Assembly: GCA_017460745.1 (NCBI GenBank)
Contig: JAFUAL010000042.1
Location: 14,983 to 78,982 of the forward strand
Direction: 5' to 3'
Length of the DNA: 64,000 nt
Source: Bacilli bacterium
GTDB lineage: Bacteria > Bacillota_I > Bacilli_A > RF39 > UBA660
Position 1 is the first letter of the stretch. The number at the start of each line of letters is the position of its first letter. Under the pieces are notes generated by a model. That model did not search any database, was not told the DNA's origin, and saw only the letters and a list, made by a program, of their open reading frames with translations. Of the stretch, positions 37,452 to 44,764 are shown piece after piece. The position numbers were made by a program, and so were the translations under genes.

Positions 37452-38807
37452 GGAGGAAGTGATCCTGGGGCAGTATCTGGAAATTTAAGAGAAAAGGATT
37501 TTACTTTAAAAGCTGCTAATTATATGTATAATAGATTTAGAGAATTAGGAGTTCCTGTTGCTATTACAAGAAATACGGATGAAACATTAAGCAGAACTGA
37601 AAGACTTAATACTATGAGAAATACATTTGGAAATGATTCTAAAGTAATAGTATTATCAAATCACATAAATGCAGGAGGAGGCGAGGGTGCAGAAGTAGTA
37701 TACCCACTTCGTACTTCTTCAACACTTCCGTCAATGATTTTAGAAGAAATTGGTAATCGTGGTCAAATAAAAAGAAAGTATTATCAAAGAGTACTTCCAG
37801 AAAATCCAAGTAAGGATTATTATTACATCATGCGTGAAACACCAAATACAACAGCTTTATTAATTGAATATGGGTTCATTGATAATCCAAATGACCAAAG
37901 AAAATTACAAAATAATTTACTTGAATATGTAGAAGGGGTAGTTGAAGCTGTATCAGATTATATTGGAATTAACTACACACCACCTGGCTCTTCTGTACCT
38001 GATACTGACGGACTTTATACGGTTAAAAGAGGAGATACACTTTATTCCATTGCAAGAGAATATAATATAACTGTCAATGAATTAAAAAGTTTAAATGGTT
38101 TAACCAGTAATAACTTAAGCATTGGTCAAACACTTAAAGTACCAAATTTAGAAATACCAGAAGAAATAGAACAAGATGAATACATTGTAAAACAAGGTGA
38201 TACATTATCATCAATTGCAAGAGAGTTTAATACAACTGTAAATGATTTAATAACTTATAATGATCTTCCTACAACAATACTAAGTGTTGGTCAAATTTTA
38301 AGAATTCCAGGAAATCCTTCAAGTGATTTAATTTATATAGTACAACCAGGTGATACTTTATATGCTATTGCTAATAACTATGGTGTAAGTGTCGATGCTA
38401 TAAAGGAGTTAAATAACTTAACAAATAATACTTTAAGTATAGGACAAAATTTGTATATACCAAAAGGAACAACTATAGAAGAAACAGATTATGTTGTTTA
38501 TCAAGTAGAACCAAGTGATACTTTATATAGTATTGCAAGACGTTATAATACAAGTGTTGATGCTATTAAAGACTATAATAATTTAACAAGTAATGTTTTA
38601 ACAATCGGACAGAATCTTCAAATACCTGTTCAAAAAGTACAAACAGAAAATATAACCTATGTAGTAAAAAGAGGCGATACATTATATAAAATAGCAAATG
38701 ACTATGGTGTAACTGTTTTAGATATCATGAATTTGAATAACATGGATTCTACATTACTAAGCATTGGAGAAACTATTTTAATACCAAATCAAAAAGGTGA
38801 TTTTTAA
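37395..38807 (+). CDS. N-acetylmuramoyl-L-alanine amidase (Amidase_3) with five C-terminal LysM repeats
   Basis: VVDAGHGGSDPGAV and LSNHINAGGGEGAEV. Five Y.V..GDTLY.IA LysM units. No signal peptide, so endolysin/CwlC-like. The start could also be ATG 37413. Confidence 0.9.
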   Translation: MGELINMNNGYRIVVDAGHGGSDPGAVSGNLREKDFTLKAANYMYNRFRELGVPVAITRNTDETLSRTERLNTMRNTFGNDSKVIVLSNHINAGGGEGAEVVYPLRTSSTLPSMILEEIGNRGQIKRKYYQRVLPENPSKDYYYIMRETPNTTALLIEYGFIDNPNDQRKLQNNLLEYVEGVVEAVSDYIGINYTPPGSSVPDTDGLYTVKRGDTLYSIAREYNITVNELKSLNGLTSNNLSIGQTLKVPNLEIPEEIEQDEYIVKQGDTLSSIAREFNTTVNDLITYNDLPTTILSVGQILRIPGNPSSDLIYIVQPGDTLYAIANNYGVSVDAIKELNNLTNNTLSIGQNLYIPKGTTIEETDYVVYQVEPSDTLYSIARRYNTSVDAIKDYNNLTSNVLTIGQNLQIPVQKVQTENITYVVKRGDTLYKIANDYGVTVLDIMNLNNMDSTLLSIGETILIPNQKGDF

Positions 38808-38821
38808 TAAGTCACTTTTTT
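38780..38821 (+). repeat. Amidase 3' end + terminator, copy A of a thrice-repeated element
   Basis: AATACCAAATCAAAAAGGTGATTTTTAATAAGTCACTTTTTT. The core AAGGTGATTTTTAATAAGTCAC (38794-38815) recurs at 42409-42430 and 43585-43606. Confidence 0.9.
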
Positions 38822-38934
38822 AATATTGACATATTTATTTAAATAATATATATTGCTATTAACAAGTGGATGATATTCGATAAGTTATTCGAATATGCTA
38901 ATAAAAATATTGTATGAATTAGGTGGTGAATAAG

Positions 38935-39367
38935 ATGGATCAAGATAAAATGCATTTGGTAAATAAATTATTTAATAGTGAAACAATTAGAACAATTTGG
39001 AATAAAGAGCAAGAAAAATATTTTATAAGTATTGTGGATTTAGTTGGATTATTATCAGAAAGTAAAAACAAACATGCATATTGGAGAAAGTTAAAACAGC
39101 GTTTAAAAGAAGAAGGAAATGAAACCATGACAATTTGTCACGCTTTGAAACTAAAAGCGCAAGATGGTAAATATCGTATGACTGATGTAGTTGACATTAA
39201 GGGGAAGTTTAGAATTATTGAATCTGTTCCTAGTAAGAATGCGGAGGTAAAATTGCAGGTAATGCAATAAAAAAATTAGAAAATGAACTTGGTGAAAGCA
39301 TAATTACTAGCGATAATGCACTTAATTATGAGTATGTAGATGAATTAGAAATTGAAATGGAAAAATA
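38935..39367 (+). pseudogene. Bro-N-domain protein, internally deleted and frameshifted
   Basis: FNSETIRTIWNKEQEKYFISIVDLVGLLSES...YWRKLKQRLKEEGNE...LKLKAQDGKYRMTDV is the widespread Bro-N family. The ORF stops at 39270, right after SKNAEVKLQ. The -1 frame continues GNAIKKLENELGESIITSDNAL... (typical C-terminal tail) to 39367. Confidence 0.6.
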
Positions 39368-39410
39368 ACTATATAATTAACAATAATTATATTTATAGGA
39401 GGTATAACAT

Positions 39411-39677
39411 ATGGAAAAAAATATTGAAGAAATAACATTATTATTAATGTATTTAACATCTTGGGAAGAAGATGGATATGTAGCTGATGAGAATGATATG
39501 CCAAAAGAAGCAAAAATTAAAACTTGTTGGAAAGGATATTCATTTGATATTATTAATAAATTAACTGATGATAATTATCTTTATTTTAGTAAATGTAAAA
39601 ACAAATCTATTTCTTTAACTCCAAAAGGAGAAGAATTAGCTAAAAAATTAATCGATAAATATATAAAAAATAAATAG
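39411..39677 (+). CDS. Small DUF6429-like (winged-helix-like) protein
   Basis: ITLLLMYLTSWEE...CWKGYSFDIINKL...SISLTPKGEELAKKLIDKY matches my memory of the DUF6429 family pattern. Confidence 0.55.
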   Translation: MEKNIEEITLLLMYLTSWEEDGYVADENDMPKEAKIKTCWKGYSFDIINKLTDDNYLYFSKCKNKSISLTPKGEELAKKLIDKYIKNK

Positions 39678-39690
39678 GAGGTGACTCAAA

Positions 39691-40890
39691 ATGACTGCAC
39701 CAAAATTAGATTTTTTATTAGAGATATTGGATAATAGAAATAATAATCCTGAAAGTTATGATACTAAGGTAAAAGAAAAAATAAATGAGTTGTATGATTT
39801 GTTAGATAAAATAAAGCCATTATCTGATGATGAATATAAAGTTTTATATTTTAGTGTAGAAAAGGGAAATATTGAAGAATATGGTAATTATGAAGAGTTA
39901 AAAGTAGATGGTGAAGTTGATAGCTACGAAGAATTTAAAACTAGATTTAATGAAGACTACGCAGATGAAATAATGTGGTATAAAATGACTTCTACTAAGT
40001 ATAAAAATTATCGTATGATATCAATTAATTCCAAAACTATAATATATGCTGATATGAATAATGAAAATACAAATTTTGAAGATTATCAATTGCAAGAATT
40101 ATTAGATTTTCTTATAATCAAAGTGAAAGATTGTATTCAAAAACTTGAAGACGAAACTTACAATGATTATATATCAAATAATTATTCTTATAAAAATAGA
40201 TTCGGCGTAATAAAAAGAAATGTGTATTGGAATATATATCCAGATACTAAGAAAAAACTATTAAATGAAATATCACAAGAAGAAATGAACTATTTCATTG
40301 AAAATGCAAGCGATAAAACTAATAATAGAATAAAAAATATGACATCTAGAAAGTATTTTGAATGTGTCGGATTAGTATATGAAAATATAGGTTATGAAAT
40401 AAGTAATTTAACAGATAAAGAACTATATTTAAAATATGCTGATGGTAGAGATGAAGGCTTAAGTAAAATTGATGAGAATAGTAGTCAAGAATTTGATAAA
40501 TGGTATAATGATTATAGCAAGTTTGGAGGACATCCTTGGGAAATTATAAGAGGTCATTCGTTTACTAGAGTTAATTTACAAGTTCACAATGATGATAATG
40601 GATATTATTTATCGCTTGATGGTAATATAATCTTAAGAAAAATTGAAATAGCTAAAATATTTATTGCACTAAATAAAAATAATATACCAGTACAAATATA
40701 TAATGTAAATATAATAAAGAATGCATTTAAGGGTATTGATTATATTGGCATTGTTCCTAATGATATTATGCCAATTGAATGTGGTGGTTATTTTAAAAAA
40801 TACAAACCAACTGAATTTATACATATGGAAGATAATAAAATATTTAAGTACATTGAGTGGGAATTATTAGAAAATATAGAATTAAAATAG
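39691..40890 (+). CDS. Hypothetical protein (399 aa)
   Basis: RBS GGAGGTG upstream, 13-nt gap after the previous gene. No motif recognised. Confidence 0.6.
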   Translation: MTAPKLDFLLEILDNRNNNPESYDTKVKEKINELYDLLDKIKPLSDDEYKVLYFSVEKGNIEEYGNYEELKVDGEVDSYEEFKTRFNEDYADEIMWYKMTSTKYKNYRMISINSKTIIYADMNNENTNFEDYQLQELLDFLIIKVKDCIQKLEDETYNDYISNNYSYKNRFGVIKRNVYWNIYPDTKKKLLNEISQEEMNYFIENASDKTNNRIKNMTSRKYFECVGLVYENIGYEISNLTDKELYLKYADGRDEGLSKIDENSSQEFDKWYNDYSKFGGHPWEIIRGHSFTRVNLQVHNDDNGYYLSLDGNIILRKIEIAKIFIALNKNNIPVQIYNVNIIKNAFKGIDYIGIVPNDIMPIECGGYFKKYKPTEFIHMEDNKIFKYIEWELLENIELK

Positions 40891-40901
40891 AGGAGAAAAA
40901 T

Positions 40902-42341
40902 ATGAAGTATGAAAAGTATTTAATAAAAAAGGGCAAATTAGATTTGTTATCATCTTTAAAATCTTTAGATAAAAATTTACTTAATAAAACATTAAAAGAA
41001 TCTGGAATGAGTAGCCTTGAAGAATTAAAGAATGCAATTATCGAAGAATTTGAAATGAGTTTAGATATGTCAAAAGATGATCAATTTACAAGAATGTATT
41101 TTGAAAGATTACTTAATCATGAAAATTCAGAATGGATGTCAGCATATCAACAAGATATTGAGAATTTTTTAGTTTTTGTGTATGAAAATGGAGATTATTA
41201 TTCTTATTATATTCCAATTGAGATAAAAGAAATAATTAATAGATTACTAGGTAGCATGACTCCAGAAGAAAAATTTAATTTAGAAAATGCTGCTAATACA
41301 CCAATAGTAAAAGATTTAAAAGGACTATTGGATACATTAAGTGTTAGTGACTTGAAACATATCGGTGGATTATTACATGTTAATAGACTAAGTAACAAAC
41401 CTAAAAAAGAACTAGTTAAAATTATTTATAGTGCTCTTACAGATAAGGATAAATTGATAGATGTAATTGAAAGATTTATAGATAAAGAATTTGATTTATT
41501 AAAAGATTTGATGATTAACAAAGGTACTATTCAAAATAATAACATCAATATGGAAACATATCATTTCTTATATATGGTCGGTATAGTTTTCCTATTTAGA
41601 AGAGATAATAAATTTTACGTTTCTATGACTGATGATGTTTACAATACTATGAAAAAAGTAAATTTAAATAGTGTTCAAAAAATAGTAGATGAAAACACAA
41701 AGGTATATAATCTTGTTAGAGCAATGGTTGAATTATATGGTGTATTTTCATATAGTTATTTAGATTATTATTATAGTTTATATTATGGTAACGGTGAAGA
41801 ATTAGATACGCCAAATAATGCATTATTATTTTGTGAGAGAGCAGATAACATAGATATAATTCATACAGAACATAATATGTATTTTATTAATAGAATACTT
41901 GGACAAAAGGAATTTGAACCGTTATTAGATGATATTATCTCAAGACAAGAAAGTATTAAAAGAAAACCAATTAAATTAGAAAAATTACTTAAATACTCAA
42001 ATTATGATTATTACGAAGAAACAGAATCTAAAAATAAATTCAAAAAATATTTAAAAAGAAAAAACATTCCATCTGATACTATTGAAATAATTATAAAAAT
42101 AATTTCTGATATGTATAGACTTGGAAATAATTATATTAGTGCATCAATTGAAATGCTTCAAGATTATGGAGTAGAAGTAACGGAAAATAATATGCAAGAA
42201 ATAATAAAATATTTAATGGATATATATAATAATTCAAGAATTTGGTCTAATAATGGATGGACACCTATTGAAATGAGAAAAAATTATGAAGATATTTTTT
42301 TAAACGAAAATAGTGATAATGTAGATAGTTGTGAGTCGTAA
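40902..42341 (+). CDS. Hypothetical protein (479 aa)
   Basis: Start at ATG 40902 (RBS AGAGGAGAA; the upstream track start at 40857 overlaps the previous gene and was rejected). No motif recognised. Confidence 0.6.
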   Translation: MKYEKYLIKKGKLDLLSSLKSLDKNLLNKTLKESGMSSLEELKNAIIEEFEMSLDMSKDDQFTRMYFERLLNHENSEWMSAYQQDIENFLVFVYENGDYYSYYIPIEIKEIINRLLGSMTPEEKFNLENAANTPIVKDLKGLLDTLSVSDLKHIGGLLHVNRLSNKPKKELVKIIYSALTDKDKLIDVIERFIDKEFDLLKDLMINKGTIQNNNINMETYHFLYMVGIVFLFRRDNKFYVSMTDDVYNTMKKVNLNSVQKIVDENTKVYNLVRAMVELYGVFSYSYLDYYYSLYYGNGEELDTPNNALLFCERADNIDIIHTEHNMYFINRILGQKEFEPLLDDIISRQESIKRKPIKLEKLLKYSNYDYYEETESKNKFKKYLKRKNIPSDTIEIIIKIISDMYRLGNNYISASIEMLQDYGVEVTENNMQEIIKYLMDIYNNSRIWSNNGWTPIEMRKNYEDIFLNENSDNVDSCES

Positions 42342-42378
42342 AAGAAAATATATAGTATATAGTAGCAGGTGTTCTTAT

Positions 42379-42437
42379 GAATATCATGAAATTTAATACC
42401 AAATCAAGAAGGTGATTTTTAATAAGTCACTTTTTTT
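42379..42437 (+). repeat. Copy B: remnant of the amidase 3' end with an internal deletion + terminator
   Basis: GAATATCATGAAATTTAATACCAAATCAAGAAGGTGATTTTTAATAAGTCACTTTTTTT aligns to amidase nt ~38722-38731 joined to ~38777-38821. Confidence 0.85.
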
Positions 42438-42469
42438 ATGTTTAAATTAATAAATTCCTTATATGCATA

Positions 42470-42498
42470 TTGAAACCAAAATAAATGTTTGGTATAAT
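42470..42498 (+). promoter_or_regulatory. Sigma-A-type promoter of the 42.6-43.5 kb single-gene cassette
   Basis: TTGAAA (42470-42475), 17-nt spacer, TATAAT (42493-42498). Confidence 0.6.
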
Positions 42499-42565
42499 AC
42501 TCGTCAAACGAAGTAGCTTATTATTAGAAGTGAAAAACATTTATCAAATAAAGTGGAGAAGTAAT

Positions 42566-43504
42566 ATGGAAAATAGTAAAAATAATAAAAAAATAATTAT
42601 ATTTTTAATGATATTCATTGCATGTTTAATTATAATTAATTTTATTTGCGCATATCCTAAATATGAAATAACTGTAGAGATAATTGTTTGTTTAAGTTTA
42701 TTAACAATTTTGTCATTATCAGAGATGTTTGATGATCTCAGCATACCAAAGGTAATATCATTATCTAAAAATGTAAAAGAGATAAAGAAAGAAAATAATG
42801 ATTTAAAAGATACAAATATAAAATTATTGACACAAATTGCAAGCATTAAGAATTCTAATAGTCAAAATATTTTTCTGCCTAATTCTTTTAGTACTGTTAG
42901 TTCTTCGAATATAGATGATATAAATAAAAATGATGATAAAATTGAATCAGAAGAAAGTGATGTCCAAAGTAATTTAGAAAATAAGGATTATAAGGATTAT
43001 AGAACGCGTCATAAATATAGAAATAATTTAGACGTATTTATGTTAAAAAAAGTATTAGAGTTTAGTAACGATATTCCAAATTGTGATATTCGATATGATG
43101 TTAAGTTAATTAATGACAAAATTAGAGATGATAACATTATGAATAATGAGGTAAGGTTTGATGCATTAAAGTCAACTCCAAATGAAAACATTTTTTATGA
43201 AGTTAAAATTATACCATATCTATTTGATTTTTCTTATCAACTTCATTATATGTTAAGAACAATCGAATTATATAAAGATTATAGTAAAATTCCTTGCAAA
43301 TTGGTTTTAGTTTTACCTAAATTTGAAAAAGAATTAGAAAAAATATTATTTAATACAAGTAGAGATAGATTTTCTATGATTAAAGATAGGATATCAAATA
43401 GATTTGATCCCGCTATAAAAAATCATTTGTTAGAAATAGTGGAAGTAGATGTTTCTAAAGAAGAATTAGACAATTATATTAAAGAAAAAGAAGAATCAAA
43501 GTAA
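42566..43504 (+). CDS. Membrane-anchored coiled-coil protein with a C-terminal PD-(D/E)XK-like motif
   Basis: Start at ATG 42566 (RBS AAGTGGAGA), downstream of the predicted promoter. Two TM helices, then a coiled coil (KEIKKENNDLKDTNIKLLTQIASIKN). The C-terminal VRFDALKSTPNENIFYEVKI gives D-x12-E-x-K. Confidence 0.55.
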   Translation: MENSKNNKKIIIFLMIFIACLIIINFICAYPKYEITVEIIVCLSLLTILSLSEMFDDLSIPKVISLSKNVKEIKKENNDLKDTNIKLLTQIASIKNSNSQNIFLPNSFSTVSSSNIDDINKNDDKIESEESDVQSNLENKDYKDYRTRHKYRNNLDVFMLKKVLEFSNDIPNCDIRYDVKLINDKIRDDNIMNNEVRFDALKSTPNENIFYEVKIIPYLFDFSYQLHYMLRTIELYKDYSKIPCKLVLVLPKFEKELEKILFNTSRDRFSMIKDRISNRFDPAIKNHLLEIVEVDVSKEELDNYIKEKEESK

Positions 43505-43584
43505 TTTAGTTTTCATTTGTATTTTTAATATTTAAGAAAATGAATTTAGAAAATATTATAATTATAATTAAATAAAAACAAAAT

Positions 43585-43612
43585 AAGGTGATTTTTAATA
43601 AGTCACCTTTTT
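43585..43612 (+). terminator. Copy C of the repeated terminator core; right edge of the island
   Basis: AAGGTGA-tttttaataag-TCACCTT perfect 7-bp stem followed by TTTT. Shares the 22-nt core with copies A and B. Confidence 0.65.
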
Positions 43613-43689
43613 AAATACATAAAATGACGTAAAGAAATTGAAAAAAAATATATTTAATGCTATAATCACTATAGAAGGAAGGAATTAAG

Positions 43690-44229
43690 ATGAAAAAAGA
43701 AGAAAACAAGAAAAATAAAAAAAATGATGAAGTTGAAATAAGCTTTAAATTCAATAAGAAAAAATTAGTTCAAGGACTTGGTATTGCTTTAGTTGTAGTA
43801 GCTGTATTAGGACTTGCATTTGCAGTTTCAAATACAACGAGCAAGGATACTAAAGCGTTTGAATTTGTTGACATTACAGTTGATGATTATCTAGAAAAAA
43901 TGAAAGAAAGTGAAAAGTCAGTTATATACGTTGCACGTCCAGGTTGTTCTTGGTGTCAAAAAGAATCACCTATCATAAAAGCACTTGGAGCTCAATATGA
44001 TTTAACAATTTACTATTTAAATACAGATCCATTCTGGGATAGTGAAAATGAAACTTATACAGAAGCAGGACAAAAATTCATGGCATCAGCTGAACAATAT
44101 AAAGATGGATGGGGAACACCTAATACAATCATTGTTCAAAACGGAGAAATAGTTGATGGTGAATTCAGTTACGTTGAAAAAAGTGCATTAAAAGATTTAT
44201 TTAAGAGAAATGGATTTATAAATGGATAA
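43690..44229 (+). CDS. Membrane-anchored thioredoxin-fold protein (CxxC)
   Basis: TM helix GLGIALVVVAVLGLAFAV. Active-site-like RPGCSWCQKESP. Confidence 0.75.
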   Translation: MKKEENKKNKKNDEVEISFKFNKKKLVQGLGIALVVVAVLGLAFAVSNTTSKDTKAFEFVDITVDDYLEKMKESEKSVIYVARPGCSWCQKESPIIKALGAQYDLTIYYLNTDPFWDSENETYTEAGQKFMASAEQYKDGWGTPNTIIVQNGEIVDGEFSYVEKSALKDLFKRNGFING

Positions 44230-44671
44230 TAAAGTGTATAATTTAGCAAGACGTTTTCAAAATAAATATTTTGGAACAATTGCTTTTAGAATAAGAGCAC
44301 ATAGTAATGTTGTAGCAGATCATATTAATAAAGATGAAAAGGTATTATATGTTTTCTGTGGTCAAAAGGGTGGTTCTAACAGAGAAATATTTTCTAGCTG
44401 TGTAGTTGCTTTAACTAATCAAAGAATAATAATTGGAACTAAAAGAGTACTATGGGGCTATTTTTTAACAACAATAACACCAGACCTTTTCAATGATTTA
44501 AAGGTTCAATCAGGGCTATTATTTGGAAGAATTCTAATTGATACAGCAAAGGAAAAAGTTGCTATTTCAAATCTTGCTAAATCTTCACTTAAAGAAGTTG
44601 AAACAGCAATATCAACTTACATAAGTAAATATAAAACTAATAAAAAAAGTGAAAAAGAAGAATCAAAATAG
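44222..44671 (+). CDS. Hypothetical protein, bacterial PH-domain-like (YokE-like)
   Basis: Overlaps the upstream gene. The pattern VVALTNQRIIIGTKR...GRILIDTAKEKVAISNL resembles bacterial PH domains (weak). Confidence 0.4.
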   Translation: MDNKVYNLARRFQNKYFGTIAFRIRAHSNVVADHINKDEKVLYVFCGQKGGSNREIFSSCVVALTNQRIIIGTKRVLWGYFLTTITPDLFNDLKVQSGLLFGRILIDTAKEKVAISNLAKSSLKEVETAISTYISKYKTNKKSEKEESK

Positions 44672-44764
44672 ATTCTTTTTTTCTAAATAAATCATAATAA
44701 ATATACAAAATAATTTTGTTTTGCTATAATAATATTATGAATTTACTAAAAAATGGAGGTAGTT

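Noticed and set aside
37950-38790. Periodic DNA similarity in the amidase 3' half, checked as a possible CRISPR or tandem-repeat array.
   Set aside because: The periodicity is explained by five in-frame LysM protein repeats. There are no direct repeats with unique spacers, and I saw no CRISPR-like array anywhere in the window.
37395-39367. Possibility that the amidase + Bro-N region is an intact prophage.
   Set aside because: There are no holin, structural, terminase, integrase or repressor genes anywhere nearby. At most this is a relic, so it is reported only as a low-interest hypothesis.
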